NCBI GenBank assembly: GCA_963754315.1
Contig: CAVWFS010000018.1
Coordinates: 512,001-576,000, forward strand
Direction: 5' to 3'
DNA: 64,000 nt
From: an uncultured Candidatus Rokubacteria bacterium
Lineage (GTDB): Bacteria; Methylomirabilota; Methylomirabilia; Rokubacteriales; CSP1-6
Shown: positions 26,254 through 37,405 of the stretch, piece by piece
Layout: each line of letters begins with the position of its first letter
Position numbering within the stretch: position 1 is the first letter of the stretch
Notes under the pieces: generated by a model
Told to the model about the DNA's origin: nothing
Databases searched by the model: none
Seen by the model: the letters and a program-made list of their open reading frames with translations, nothing else
Translations under genes and position numbers: made by a program

Positions 26254-28689
26254 TCACCGTGAGGTCTGCCCGACCACGGCTCGGACCCCCGCAGGAGGTC
26301 GGGTCCCTGGGCTCCCGGCGGGGGAGGCGGTCGCGAGATCCACGGCCACCCGCAGCGCACGCAAGCCATGGACGCCCTGCAACTCGGCGATCTCCACCTC
26401 TTCTACCGTTCCCGTCAGGTATCCACGGGCGACCAGATAGTCCAGATACTGGCGGTACTCGAGGGCCTCCACGCCCTGCGCATACACGATGGCAAGGTGC
26501 CCGGGTTGGGTGACCCGCTCGTTGGTACCCCGGATCACGGCCTTGTCGATACGCTTCTTGATGACCTCGTAGCGCACGTTGTAGGCCCCGTCGACGTCGA
26601 AGCGCTTTTCGTCGAAGCGGAAGCGGATCGACAGGGGAGCATGATGGGCCAAGATCAGATGAGTGGTTTCCAATGGCAGCGGTAGTCGCTGTCGAAGCGC
26701 TTCTGTCTGGCGCGCGATGCCGCAGGCGACCAGGAGCTGCCAGAGGCGGAGATTGCGTAGGTACAGGTCGTCGTACGGTCGTCCGTCGACCAGCGCGGCC
26801 CCCACGTAGATGCTGTAGTCGACGCCGTCCGTCCGCTGCTTCTCAAAGTAGTGCGGCAGCATGGCCTGGGCGATCTCCTGCTCCGCGTCGAGATACGAGG
26901 AGACCGCTTCGTTGATGGCGGTCACGCTCACTTCGTATTCCTTGCGCTTCCGATAGACGGTCCCTACCTGAGGATCGAGGGTGGCGCGGTAGGCCTCGAT
27001 CCGCTCCTGCACCGAGGGATGGAATCCCCCGAGATGCGCCAGGAGCGGCTCGACGTGCTGACGCAGGAAGGCAAGAATCGTGATCTCGTCGCCAGAGTTC
27101 AGATTCCGCTCGATCTGGGCCAGGAGCTTGTCAATGCGGTAACCAAGCTCGTTGAGAATTGGGAGGGGCTTGACGGCGCGCGCTCGATCCACCACCGCGC
27201 GCGCCAGACCCAGGTGCGTGCTCAGGTCTGCCTGGATGGCCACGTTGCGGTGGGTGGAGGAGCCTCGGATATCACAGGCGCCGTAAAGGGGGTACACATC
27301 TCGGAAGACGATCGGTTCCAGTTCGGGGGTGGCGCGGTCGGCCTGGCGCTCGATGGTGTCGAGAACGGCTTGCCGGAATCGCCACTCAACCGAGGGATGG
27401 ATGGCCGTGCATTTTTCCTTGATGATCGCCTGCACCCGTGTTTCCAGCTCCTCCAGCGCGCGACGGACGGCCATGGAGAACAGCGGCAACACTTCGCGGA
27501 GCTTGAGCGTGCTGGCTGCGTCCAGGTCTCCCGGATGCGGAGAGCCGAGCTCGAGGATGCCAATGGCTCGGTCTTGATAGTGCAGAGGGGCCACCACGAT
27601 ATTGCGAAGCCCCGCCTCGACCAGGCTCTCCTCGATGCGCCCGCCGTCCCTGTAGGCTGTGAGGTCGTCCACGACGAGAGGCTGCCCGTGGGCTACCGCT
27701 CGCGCGTACACGGAACCCGCGAAGTCATGGATGCTCAGATGTTGGGAGTCAGCAAAGATGCAGCGGTGCTCCAGCTGCGCGCCGTCGTTCAGGACGAGAA
27801 CTCTTTCTCCGTGGAAGGCGGCCAGTCCCAGGCGGAGCTGGGGGCGGCGGAGGTACGTGCGGAGCTGGCCCTGCAGCCGCTCGAAGCGCGGGCCGGACAC
27901 GATCGACTCCTTCTCGATGAGGTCGCGCTTGAGAGAGGACAGGACCTCCTGGTCGGTGATATCGGTCGCCTTGACCACCGTGAACCCGCGGAACACGAAG
28001 CGGTCAGGAGGGATCAGCTCCATGAGCGTCCGCGGATCGGTGAGATTCTCCTGGAGGCGGCGGCGATTGGCGTCGGAGAGGATGGGCAGCTGGCCGTTCG
28101 TGTCCACGTCCAGGAAGCGGGGATCGAGGTCGAAGCGGAAGTGGCGCTCGAGCGCGCACTCGGGGTCGTTGGTGGTGATGACGAGTGGGTAGTCCAGGTT
28201 CAGACCGATCTCGTAGTACTTGCGGAGAATCAGGCCGTACGCGCGCAGCAATCGTCCGGTCGCCCAGCTCTCCGCGTCGATATTCAGGCGCCCGCGTAGG
28301 GCCCCGCTCCCGTCGAGGAACAAGCGCCGGAAGGAGGGCGTGGCGTAGACCACCCGGACCGCAAAGGGAGAGAGCAGGGCGGCATAGTCGCGCTCCCACG
28401 AGGCCATCGGGAATATCTTTGCCATCAACACGTCGACGAGCGCGGGATGCTTGGCGAGAACGGTAAGATCGTCGAGCGGGGCCAGCAATTCGGGGGTCGT
28501 GCGGAGCTCCTCCCGGACGAGCCGCCCCATCGACGCGATCAGACCATCCTCGCTCTCCGCCGCGTTCCACCACACGTTGACGAGGGGCGCCAGACTCAGC
28601 TCCCGCTTGAAGGGGAAGTTGTCGGTCTCGGGGCTCACCGGCGCGATCGGAAAGCGCCCCTCCGTCGTGGCCGGGGGCGAGCTACTCAT
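26254..28689 (-). CDS. Large GAF-domain protein with putative divergent class III nucleotide cyclase domain
   Basis: GGAGGG RBS before ATG 28689; GAF (LVVDDL...GLRNIVVAPLHYQDRAIGILELGS); C-terminal DIRGSS, EKQRTDGV, KRFDVDG, QPGHL, ELQG motifs. Confidence 0.7.
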   Translation of the reverse strand: MSSSPPATTEGRFPIAPVSPETDNFPFKRELSLAPLVNVWWNAAESEDGLIASMGRLVREELRTTPELLAPLDDLTVLAKHPALVDVLMAKIFPMASWERDYAALLSPFAVRVVYATPSFRRLFLDGSGALRGRLNIDAESWATGRLLRAYGLILRKYYEIGLNLDYPLVITTNDPECALERHFRFDLDPRFLDVDTNGQLPILSDANRRRLQENLTDPRTLMELIPPDRFVFRGFTVVKATDITDQEVLSSLKRDLIEKESIVSGPRFERLQGQLRTYLRRPQLRLGLAAFHGERVLVLNDGAQLEHRCIFADSQHLSIHDFAGSVYARAVAHGQPLVVDDLTAYRDGGRIEESLVEAGLRNIVVAPLHYQDRAIGILELGSPHPGDLDAASTLKLREVLPLFSMAVRRALEELETRVQAIIKEKCTAIHPSVEWRFRQAVLDTIERQADRATPELEPIVFRDVYPLYGACDIRGSSTHRNVAIQADLSTHLGLARAVVDRARAVKPLPILNELGYRIDKLLAQIERNLNSGDEITILAFLRQHVEPLLAHLGGFHPSVQERIEAYRATLDPQVGTVYRKRKEYEVSVTAINEAVSSYLDAEQEIAQAMLPHYFEKQRTDGVDYSIYVGAALVDGRPYDDLYLRNLRLWQLLVACGIARQTEALRQRLPLPLETTHLILAHHAPLSIRFRFDEKRFDVDGAYNVRYEVIKKRIDKAVIRGTNERVTQPGHLAIVYAQGVEALEYRQYLDYLVARGYLTGTVEEVEIAELQGVHGLRALRVAVDLATASPAGSPGTRPPAGVRAVVGQTSR

Positions 28690-28848
28690 GTCACCCTCCA
28701 TCACCAAGGTATCCGAGCCTTAGGATGATTCTACCAGGGGGAAGGGTGCGGGTAGACCGAGGCTGCCGGCTTTCACCCTGGAGCCCGTGGGGAGTACACT
28801 GTCAATGATCCGCCAGGGGTCGGTCCGGGCACCCAGAGAAAGGAGTGC

Positions 28849-29367
28849 GTGATGACCGTTCAGACAGGCGCGACCGCTACCGAATCCACCAGCTCCCCAT
28901 CTGATGTTCAATCGCTCTACCAGGAAGGTATCGTGGCTGGTCTCCTCGCCGCCGTCGCGGTGGCGATCTGGTTCCTGATCGTGGACACCGTGGCCGGACG
29001 CCCTTTTTATACTCCGTCCGTACTGGGTACTGCCCTCTTCGGACGCGGGATCGGGCTCGAGACGGCGCCGGTGTCCTTCTCCATGGTGGCGATGTTCACC
29101 TGGGTGCATGGGATGGTGTTCGCCGTCCTCGGCGGCGTCGCCTCCCGCCTTCTGGCCGTAGTCGAGAAGAATCCCAGCATGGGCTTTGGCGTCCTCCTCC
29201 TCTTCGTGTTGCTGCAGGCGGGATTTACGGTGACGGCAGCCTTCCTGGCCGCTCCCATCTTTGCCGCACTGGGTTGGCCCTCGATCTTCGTGGCCAACCT
29301 CCTGGCGGCCGGGGTCATGGCCATATACTTCCGCCTGCGACATCCGAATCTGAGCGTGCGTCCCTAG
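28849..29367 (+). CDS. Hypothetical membrane protein (4-5 TM)
   Basis: AAGGAG RBS; TTCACC-N17-TACACT upstream (28772-28800); hydrophobic segments. Confidence 0.75.
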   Translation: MMTVQTGATATESTSSPSDVQSLYQEGIVAGLLAAVAVAIWFLIVDTVAGRPFYTPSVLGTALFGRGIGLETAPVSFSMVAMFTWVHGMVFAVLGGVASRLLAVVEKNPSMGFGVLLLFVLLQAGFTVTAAFLAAPIFAALGWPSIFVANLLAAGVMAIYFRLRHPNLSVRP

Positions 29368-29413
29368 TCGTCAGGGGAGCTCGCCCGGGCTCCCCTGGTC
29401 TACTCTCTTCCCG

Positions 29414-32044
29414 TCACTGAAAGAGCTTCGCCACGAGCGCGGTCCAGCCCGTCTGGTGGGTCGCCCCGAGGCCGGCGCCGGTGTCGCCGTGGAAGTACTC
29501 GTAGAAAAGGACGAGCTCCCTCCAGTGCGCGTCAGTCTGGAACTTCTCGACGGTTCCGTGGGCCGGTCGCCGGCCCGACCCGTCACGCAGGAACAGGCGG
29601 GTCAGGCGTCGGGAGAGCTCGCTGGCCACCGCGGCCAGACTCATGAACTGCCCGGATCCCGTCGGACATTCAACGTTGAACCCCGATCCGTAATACGAGT
29701 CGAAACGCTGCAGGGCGGTGATGATCACGTAGTTCAAAGGGAACCATACCGGTCCCCGCCAGTTGGAGTTGCCGCCGAACATCCCGGTCGTCGACTCGCC
29801 CCCTTCGTAGTCGATGGAGTACTGCTGGCCGCCGATCGTCACGGTGAAGGGGTGGGCCCGGTGGTATCGGGAGAGCGAGCGCAGACCGTGGGTGGACAGA
29901 AACTCGTCCTCGTCGAGCATGTAACGAAGGACCTGCTTCAGTCGCGTTCCGTTCACGAGCGCGAGGAGCCACCGGTGGCGGCCGTCGGGCGTGTCCTGAC
30001 GGGAGACGTGCTGACCGAGGAGGGGACGATGTTGCAGAAACCACATCATTCGACGCGAAAACGTGGGAAGGCGATCCATGACGTCGGGCTCGAGCGTCAT
30101 GACGGCGATGAGGGGCATGAGGCCTACCATGGAGCGTGCGCGGACGGGAACGGTCTGTCCGCCAGGAAGGAGGAGGACGTCGTAGAAGAAACCGTCGCGC
30201 GTGTCCCACAGCTCGATACCCTCGCCGGCCATGTTGTTCATCGCGTGACTGATGTAGACGAAATGCTCGAAGAACTTGGAGGCAATATCCTCGTAGACGG
30301 GATCGTCGAGGGCCAAGATGGCCGCGATGGAGAGCATGGTCAGGCAGAACGCCCCTACCCAGGCCGTTCCGTCCGACTGCTCCACGCTACCCCCGAAGGG
30401 TAGAGGCGCGCTTCGATCGAAGAGACCGATATTGTCGAGGCCGAGAAAGCCGCCCTCGAAGACGTTCTTGTTCCCCTGATCTTTGCGATTGACCCACCAC
30501 GTGAAGTTCAACAAGAGCTTGTGGAAGACCCGCTTGAGGAAGGCCGAGTCGCCGGTACCGCGCCGGGCCTTGTCCATCTCGTACACACGGAGCGCGGCCC
30601 AGGCGTGCACGGGCGGGTTGACGTCACCCAGGGCCCACTCGTAAGCGGGCAGTTGGCCATCCGGGTGCATATACCACTCGCGCAGAAGGAGGACGAGCTG
30701 GTCCTTGGCGTACTCAGGGTCAACCATGGCCAGCGCCACCGTATGGAAGGCCAGGTCCCATGACGCATACCAGGGGTACTCCCACTTGTCAGGCATCGAC
30801 ACCACGTCCTCGTTGTAGAGGTGGGCCCAGCCGTGGTTGCGACCGGATCGCCGGCCAGGCGGCGGTGGGGGCTGGGCGGGATCCCCCGCGAGCCAGCGGC
30901 GAACGTCATAGTGGTACCACTGCTTCGACCACAGCAGCCCCGCCAGGGCCTGGCGGACGATCGAGGTGGCATCCTCGTCCAAGTGGCGTGGGATCACGCT
31001 TGCATAGAAGGCATCCGCTTCGGCCATGCGGGTGGCAAACACTCGATCAAACTCCTGGCCGAGAGGAGCACCTGAAATGTCTCCTTCACAAAGGCGGAGG
31101 CGGAGGGCCACCGGTTGGCCAGGCTGGAGGATGAGTCGATAGTGGGGAGTCGCTTTGGTTCCCTCACGAGCCGGGTTGACCGCACCGACCTGGCCATTCA
31201 CGACGTAATCGTGAAAAGCGTCCTTGACGAAGGGCTCCGGGTTCTCGGCGCCGTAGAGTCGCCGGCGGTTCGTCACGTTCTCCGTGAAGAGCACCTCGGT
31301 CGGCCCCTGCGCGTAGAGGCAGTAGTTCCCCAAGGTCGGATGCTCGGCCCGCACCGACATCCAGGCGGCGCCCGCGGTCCCGCGACGGAGCCGCGGGCGA
31401 GGGGTCTGCTCCTCCCACGACCACGTGTTGCGAAACCACAACGTCGGCAGCAGATCCAGTGACGCCGGGCTTCCGCCGCGGTTGGTTACGGTGATCCGGA
31501 TGAGGAGGTCGTTGAGGCGAGCCTTGGCGTACTCGACCTGAACATCGAAGTATCGATCGTCGTCAAAGCACCCGGTGTCGATCAGCTCGAATTCCCCTTG
31601 GCCACGGCTCCGCCGGGCGTTCTCGTCAAGCAGTCGCTGGTAGGGAAACGCAGTCTGGGGATACTTGTAGAGCCCCTTCACGTAGGAGTAGGTGGGGGTA
31701 GCGTCGAGGTAGAAGTAGAGCTCCTTGACATCCTCTCCGTGATTGCCCTGAGGGCCGGTCACCCCGAACAGGCGCTCCTTGAGAATGGGGTCATGGCCGT
31801 TCCAGAGGGCGAGCGCGAAGCAGAGACGTTGGTGGTTGTCCGAGATGCCGAGCAAGCCATCCTCTCCCCACCGGTAGGCGCGCGAGCGTGCGTGATCGTG
31901 CGGAAAGTAATTCCAGGCATCGCCATTGCCCGAGTAGTCCTCGCGCACGGTTCCCCACTGGCGCTCGGAGAGAAACGGTCCCCAGCGCCGCCAGTGCACA
32001 GTGCGGGCCTGCGCCTGCGCCAGTCGGCGTTCCTCCTCGGTCAT
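29414..32044 (-). CDS. GH63/MGH1-like glucosidase
   Basis: [68 protein letters not shown]. Confidence 0.92.
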   Translation of the reverse strand: MTEEERRLAQAQARTVHWRRWGPFLSERQWGTVREDYSGNGDAWNYFPHDHARSRAYRWGEDGLLGISDNHQRLCFALALWNGHDPILKERLFGVTGPQGNHGEDVKELYFYLDATPTYSYVKGLYKYPQTAFPYQRLLDENARRSRGQGEFELIDTGCFDDDRYFDVQVEYAKARLNDLLIRITVTNRGGSPASLDLLPTLWFRNTWSWEEQTPRPRLRRGTAGAAWMSVRAEHPTLGNYCLYAQGPTEVLFTENVTNRRRLYGAENPEPFVKDAFHDYVVNGQVGAVNPAREGTKATPHYRLILQPGQPVALRLRLCEGDISGAPLGQEFDRVFATRMAEADAFYASVIPRHLDEDATSIVRQALAGLLWSKQWYHYDVRRWLAGDPAQPPPPPGRRSGRNHGWAHLYNEDVVSMPDKWEYPWYASWDLAFHTVALAMVDPEYAKDQLVLLLREWYMHPDGQLPAYEWALGDVNPPVHAWAALRVYEMDKARRGTGDSAFLKRVFHKLLLNFTWWVNRKDQGNKNVFEGGFLGLDNIGLFDRSAPLPFGGSVEQSDGTAWVGAFCLTMLSIAAILALDDPVYEDIASKFFEHFVYISHAMNNMAGEGIELWDTRDGFFYDVLLLPGGQTVPVRARSMVGLMPLIAVMTLEPDVMDRLPTFSRRMMWFLQHRPLLGQHVSRQDTPDGRHRWLLALVNGTRLKQVLRYMLDEDEFLSTHGLRSLSRYHRAHPFTVTIGGQQYSIDYEGGESTTGMFGGNSNWRGPVWFPLNYVIITALQRFDSYYGSGFNVECPTGSGQFMSLAAVASELSRRLTRLFLRDGSGRRPAHGTVEKFQTDAHWRELVLFYEYFHGDTGAGLGATHQTGWTALVAKLFQ

Positions 32045-32175
32045 CGTCTCCTCCTTCCCGGAGAACGGATCCCATCATGGATGGCGTCCTCGGCCGAGTT
32101 ACCGTACCATCGGGTGGCGAATCGTCTAACATCTCTGCGGTTCGCGATCGAGTGTAAACGCACGGGAGCCTGCCC

Positions 32176-33165
32176 ATGAACGAGATTGCACTGCGCTTCA
32201 CCCAGCACGTACGTGCGGAAGCGGTCCGCCTCGGCGATCTGTCGATCGTCCTTTACCAGCTGGCGCTCGCGGGCAAGCTGATTGCTCGCGAGCTGGCGCG
32301 CGCGGCCTTGATCGGTCAGCTTGGCCAGGCCGGGAAGGTCAACATCCAGGGCGAGCAGGTGAAGAAGCTCGACCTGTGGGCCAACGAGACGGTCGTTCAG
32401 GCACTGGACGCGAGCGGGCTCGTGGGTGTCGTCCTCTCCGAGGAGATGGACGAGCCGCTCTACCTCGGGGAGGGCCGCTACGTCGTGTGCATCGATCCCG
32501 TCGATGGCTCCTCGAACCTAGACGTGAACGGTATTGTCGGCACCATCTTCTCGGTGCGGCCACGGCGAAACAAGGGGCGCCAGGGCGCAAGCGACGACGC
32601 CATGCAGCCTGGCACTGCCCAGGTGGCGGCCGGCTACATCATGTACGGGCCGGGCACGGTCCTCGTGTACACGGCGGGAGGGGGTGTCCACGCCTTCACC
32701 TTGGAGCCGAGCCTCGGCGAGTTCATCCAGTCGCACGAGGACATTCGTATTCCGCATCGCGGCCACATCTACAGCGTCAACGACGGCAATGCTCCTCTCT
32801 GGCCCGATGGGGTCCAGCGTTTCATCGAGTATCTGCGCGCCTCCGACAAGGCCACGGGGCGACCCTACACGGCGCGCTACGTGGGATCCATGGTGGCGGA
32901 CGTCCACCGCACGTTGCTGGAGGGCGGGATCTTCCTCTACCCGGCGGTGATGGGCGCCGACGGCACCCGGAGGGGCAAGCTCAGATTACAGTACGAGGTG
33001 GCGCCGATGGGGTTTCTTGTCGAGCAGGCGGGCGGCTCGGCCAGCACGGGGAGCGAGCGCGTTCTCGATATTCGCCCGACCTCCCCCCATCAACGCGTGT
33101 CCATCATCCTCGGCAGTCGGGACGATGTGACGCTGGCCGAGGAATTCATGTCAGGCCGACGCTGA
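32176..33165 (+). CDS. fbp: Fructose-1,6-bisphosphatase class 1
   Basis: NIQGEQVKKLD, SEE, DPVDGSSNLD, RYVGSMVADVHR, GKLRLQYE. Confidence 0.95.
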   Translation: MNEIALRFTQHVRAEAVRLGDLSIVLYQLALAGKLIARELARAALIGQLGQAGKVNIQGEQVKKLDLWANETVVQALDASGLVGVVLSEEMDEPLYLGEGRYVVCIDPVDGSSNLDVNGIVGTIFSVRPRRNKGRQGASDDAMQPGTAQVAAGYIMYGPGTVLVYTAGGGVHAFTLEPSLGEFIQSHEDIRIPHRGHIYSVNDGNAPLWPDGVQRFIEYLRASDKATGRPYTARYVGSMVADVHRTLLEGGIFLYPAVMGADGTRRGKLRLQYEVAPMGFLVEQAGGSASTGSERVLDIRPTSPHQRVSIILGSRDDVTLAEEFMSGRR

Positions 33166-33170
33166 AGACC

Positions 33171-34175
33171 ATGCCCGGGTTGATGCTCGCCGGAGACGTC
33201 GGTGGCACCAAGACTGAGTTAGCGCTCTTCGAGGTGCCGCGTTCCCGGACCCCCCTGCGCGAGGCGAAGTATGCCAGTCAGAATTTCCCGGACCTTGGGG
33301 CGATCATCCGGTCGTTCCTGGAGGCGAAGCCCACCGTCTCCATATCCGCCGCCTGCTTCGGGGTGCCCGGGCCCGTCATCGAAGGACGTTCCACGACCAC
33401 CAACCTGCCTTGGACTCTCGATGAGCGCATGCTGGCCAGGGATATTCCGACCCCCCGCGTGAAACTGCTGAATGATCTCGAGGCGATGGCCTGGGGTGTG
33501 ATGGATCTGCCTCCCCATGAGATGGTGATTCTACAGGAGGGAATCTCGCGCCCGGGTAACATGGCGCTGGTCGCGGCGGGGACTGGCCTCGGGAAGGCGC
33601 TCATGATATGGGACGGCACCCGGCACGTGGTCGTCTCTTCCGAGGGCGGGCATGTCGACTTTGCGCCGCGGAACGAATCGGAGATGGGTCTGCTCGCGTC
33701 TCTCCAGCGTCAGTTCGGCCGCGTCAGTGACGAACGAGTCGTCTCGGGACCGGGTCTCTTCAACATCTACCGCTATCTGCGGACGGTCCGTAACGTGGCC
33801 GAGCCGGCGTGGCTGACTGAGCGGATCGGCCGCGGGGACCCCAGCGCCGCGGTCAGCGAGGCGGGCTTGGCCAACAAGGATCCGGTATGCGTGGAAACGG
33901 TCGACCTCTTCGCTTCCGTGTATGGCGCGGTGGCCGGCAACCTGGCCCTGACCGTTCTAGCGGCGGGCGGCGTTTACCTCGGCGGCGGCATCGCCCCGAA
34001 ACTCAGGACGAAGCTCTCGGATGGCACCTTCGTTCGCGCCTTCCGTGACAAGGGTCGCCTGGCCTCTCTGCTGGAATCGTTCCCCCTCCGCCTGGTCTTG
34101 AACGAACGAGCGCCACTGCTGGGAGCCGCCCGCGTGGCGAGCGAGCTATTTTCGCGGCAGGAGGGAGCGCGATAG
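33171..34175 (+). CDS. glk: Glucokinase
   Basis: LAGDVGGTKT, TNLPW, LLNDLEA, AGTGLG, SEGGHVDFAP, GGVYLGGGI. Confidence 0.95.
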   Translation: MPGLMLAGDVGGTKTELALFEVPRSRTPLREAKYASQNFPDLGAIIRSFLEAKPTVSISAACFGVPGPVIEGRSTTTNLPWTLDERMLARDIPTPRVKLLNDLEAMAWGVMDLPPHEMVILQEGISRPGNMALVAAGTGLGKALMIWDGTRHVVVSSEGGHVDFAPRNESEMGLLASLQRQFGRVSDERVVSGPGLFNIYRYLRTVRNVAEPAWLTERIGRGDPSAAVSEAGLANKDPVCVETVDLFASVYGAVAGNLALTVLAAGGVYLGGGIAPKLRTKLSDGTFVRAFRDKGRLASLLESFPLRLVLNERAPLLGAARVASELFSRQEGAR

Positions 34176-34456
34176 TCCAAACCCGGTAGCCGTTCTGGTT
34201 ATCGCGGGCCCTCATCACACGAATCCCGACCGCACCAGCTCGACCATCGAGCGTGGCCCTACCACGTAACTCGGGGAGGTCACGGTGGTCTCGGTCCCTG
34301 GCGCCGGCGGTCACGCCGAGCTCGGTGAGGTGGGGATCTTGTCGGATCACCGGACATATGTTCCCCGGGGCGCCCTCCACCGATTCCCAGCCTCGCAAGA
34401 CAGCTTCGCCGGCCGACAGGATGGCAGGCGGAGTCCGCCGGACCGGGCGGAGGCGC

Positions 34457-35692
34457 TCAAAACTGGATGATCAGCTGCGCGCCCACGACGAGCGCGTTCT
34501 TGATCGTGCTGCGCCCGCTGGGATTGATGATGTACTGGATGTCGGGCTGTACCGTCAACCACGGTGTGAGGGCAATCGCGTACGTCCACTCCAGCACCAT
34601 CTCGTAGGTCTGCCCCGGCAAGTGGCGGCTGAATCCGCCATAGAACACGGCCAGCCCCGACGTGTCCTTCTGGCGGCCCGGCAGCAATCCGCGATAGACG
34701 AGGCCAGTGCCGGCGAACCAGGGCAGCGTGTTGATGTTCTGGTCGGGGGCCACCGTGAGGGCAGCGAACACGGTCAGCCCCTGGCCGTTCTCCGGACCGC
34801 CTTCGCGGAAGACCATCTGCTCGCCGAGGGCATAGGCGCCGTAGTTCCCGCGGTGGCGCCGGGTGGGGTCGGAGAACGGCGCATAGAGGTTCGAATCGTA
34901 GTAGGCCCCGATGCGATAGTGGCCGCGGAGCCCTTGCGCTGCTTTCTCGTGGTGCAAGCGGTATCCGACCTCGGCCACGACAAAGTAGCCCGCCTTCGTG
35001 CTGATCGCGAACTGCGCCCCGTTGGTGGCGTCCTGGTCCAGGGCCGGATCCGAATAGAAGGCGCCCACGGAGACCTCGAGCGGCTCCACCGGTATCACGC
35101 GGACGCGCCCACCCCATGTGGCCACGGGCCACGCGGTGACGCCGGGGACGTTGATCTCGACCGCATACACGCTGGGGTCGAGGGCGGTGTTCACGAAGAG
35201 GCCGGCGATGGGCAGGGCCAGGAAGTCGTCGGTGGTGGCAAAGCGACCGGCCTTGATGCTGATGCGCTTGCTGAGAAGCGTCTGCTCGAGGAACAAGGTG
35301 TAGAGACGCAGCCGGTCGCCGGCAAAGAGCTCGGCCACCGGAAAGATGTTGCCGATATCGTCGGACAGATCGGAGCCGGTCGACCAGACGCCTGAGACCT
35401 GGAAGGTCAGACCGTGAAACCCGAGTAGTGTCTTCAGATCGACACTCACGCCGGCCTCCAGGGCGCCTGCGTAGGCCGCCCGCTGGCGCTGTCCGCCGAT
35501 TGGATTTCCCTGGAGATCGGTCGAATAGACGATGGTTGGCGTGATGCCGGCCTGCGTGAGTGCCTCCCTCACGCCGAACCAGCTCCCGGTCATCGCCGGC
35601 TGCCCGAGCCACGACTGGACCCAGGAATTCTCGCCGGCCGGCGCCGGCGTGACGGTCGCCGCGATGATCGTCAGGACGATCAGCCAGCGCAC
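34457..35692 (-). CDS. Carbohydrate-selective porin, OprB family
   Basis: Signal peptide, MTGSWFGVREAL, GNPIGG, VQPDIQYIINP, C-terminal Phe. Confidence 0.88.
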   Translation of the reverse strand: MRWLIVLTIIAATVTPAPAGENSWVQSWLGQPAMTGSWFGVREALTQAGITPTIVYSTDLQGNPIGGQRQRAAYAGALEAGVSVDLKTLLGFHGLTFQVSGVWSTGSDLSDDIGNIFPVAELFAGDRLRLYTLFLEQTLLSKRISIKAGRFATTDDFLALPIAGLFVNTALDPSVYAVEINVPGVTAWPVATWGGRVRVIPVEPLEVSVGAFYSDPALDQDATNGAQFAISTKAGYFVVAEVGYRLHHEKAAQGLRGHYRIGAYYDSNLYAPFSDPTRRHRGNYGAYALGEQMVFREGGPENGQGLTVFAALTVAPDQNINTLPWFAGTGLVYRGLLPGRQKDTSGLAVFYGGFSRHLPGQTYEMVLEWTYAIALTPWLTVQPDIQYIINPSGRSTIKNALVVGAQLIIQF

Positions 35693-35702
35693 GGGGCTGC
35701 GC

Positions 35703-36981
35703 TCAGAACTGGATCGTGATCTGGGCGCCGATCACGAGGGCGTTCTTCGTGCTGGACCGGCCGGCGGGATTGATGACGTACTGGATGTCCGGTTGGACGG
35801 TGAGCCACGGGGTGAGCGCGCATCGTGTGGGTCAGCTCGAGCACGGTCTCCACGCTCTGCCCGGGCAAGTCGCGGCTGAACGCCCCGATGTACGCGGCGA
35901 AGGCGGTGATGTCCTTGGGGCGGCTCCGCAGCAATCCGCGGTAGACCACCCCAGCGGATACGAAGAGGGGGATGGTGTTGATGCTCTCGAGGGGAGCGAA
36001 CACGAGGCTGCCGCCCACGCCCAGGACGCGCTGACTCTCCGGGCCGCCTTCACGGTAGACGATCTGGTCGGCCAGCACGTAGACACCCCAGTTTCCCCGG
36101 CGCACGGTTTGCGGATCGCGGAACGTCGGGAACCGATTGGAGTCGTAGTAGCCACCCAGCCGATACGTACCGGGCATCCCGCCGGCGCCTTCCCCCCGGT
36201 TGTGCAGGTACGCGAGCTCGACCATGGCGAGGTAGCCCGTCCCCGTCACATCGATTCCGAAGTCGATGCCGGCGGTGGTGGCCAGATCCCGAGCGGGGTT
36301 CGAGTAAAACATTCCGACCGTCGCCGTGAACCAATCCAAGGGCTTGGCGCGGACTCGTGCGCCCAAGGTTCCGATGGGGGCCGCCGTGAAGCCCGGCACG
36401 TTGATCTGGGTGGCAAAGATGGCCGGATTGAGCGCGATGTTGACGAAGAAGGTGTACTGGGGCCAGCTCAGGAAGTCGTCGCCAGGCGCGAAGCGCCCCA
36501 GCTTGATGTCCAGGCGGCCCTCGAAGAGGGACTGGTCCAGGTACAACGTGTAGAGTCGTACCCGATCGCCCGCAAAGGATTGGGCCACCACGAAGAAGTT
36601 ACCGATGTCGTCGTTCGAGAGGTCGGTGCCCGAGGCCCAGTTGCCCGAGATGTTGAAGGTCAGCCCATCGAGGCCCGCCAACTTGCCGAGGTCGAACGTC
36701 AGGTCCGCGTTGAGCTGGCCCGCATAGGCTATTCCCTGCCGGCGGCCGCCCACCGGATTCCCGAGCACATCGGCCGTGTAGCTTATCGTGGGGGTGATAC
36801 CCCGCTGGGTCAGCGTCTCCCGCATACCGGACCACGCGCCGGTGAGACCAGGCCCGGTGAGCCAGGCTTCGATCCATGAGGGCTCGCTGGCCTGGGCCTC
36901 CTGGGTGTCGACCGTGCACAGCAATCCCACGACGACCCCGAGCAGGTGAAGCCAAGCAGCCGCGCTGCGGTTGGCAGACAT
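35703..36981 (-). CDS. Second OprB-family porin; frameshift near 35821
   Basis: LTGAWSGMRETL, GNPVGG; the alternative frame restores LTPWLTVQPDIQYVINP...GAQITIQF and a stop at 35703. Confidence 0.85.
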
Positions 36982-37093
36982 ACGGGTGCTCTCGATGGTC
37001 CGCCACGGCTTCGTGACAAGTCAAGATTGCCGACAACGCGGGGAAACTGTGCCACACTTCCGCCATGCGTTCCGCCCGATCCCCGAACCGTTC

Positions 37094-37405
37094 GTGAGTG
37101 GTCCGCGCGCGCTAGCGACCGTCCAGCTCGACAACGCTCGGGTGCGAGTGACGGAGTGGCGCTTCGAGCCGGGCACGGCCACCGGTCATCACCGGCACCA
37201 GTACGACTACGTGGTCGTGCCGCTCACCACGGGTCCCTTGACCATTGTCACCGCGGCCGGAGAGACGACAGCGGACCTGGTGACTGGCCGCTCATACTTC
37301 CGGCAGGCGGGTGTGGAGCACGACGTGCGCAACGCGAATCCGTTCGTCTTCGTCTTCGTCGAGATCGAGATCAAGCACATGGCTGAGGGTGGCCATGCTG
37401 AGTGA
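37094..37405 (+). CDS. Small cupin (BauB-like)
   Basis: DNARVRVTEWRFEPGTATGHHRHQYDYVVVP, GVEHDVRN. Confidence 0.82.
   Translation: MSGPRALATVQLDNARVRVTEWRFEPGTATGHHRHQYDYVVVPLTTGPLTIVTAAGETTADLVTGRSYFRQAGVEHDVRNANPFVFVFVEIEIKHMAEGGHAE

Noticed and set aside
25605..29367. LOG + cyclase-like protein + membrane protein as an antiphage (Pycsar/CBASS-like) operon
   Set aside because: The genes are convergent or divergent rather than co-oriented, no cNMP-binding effector is adjacent, and GC content looks native.
32376..33170. N-terminal extension of the 599-aa glucokinase ORF, and similar extensions at 5630, 10862, 12715, 49270 and 56107
   Set aside because: Open-frame run-ons over neighbouring genes, typical of high-GC DNA; homology starts at the downstream codons given.
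34176..34456. Possible small gene between glk and the OprB porin
   Set aside because: No frame gives a recognisable protein or a convincing start.
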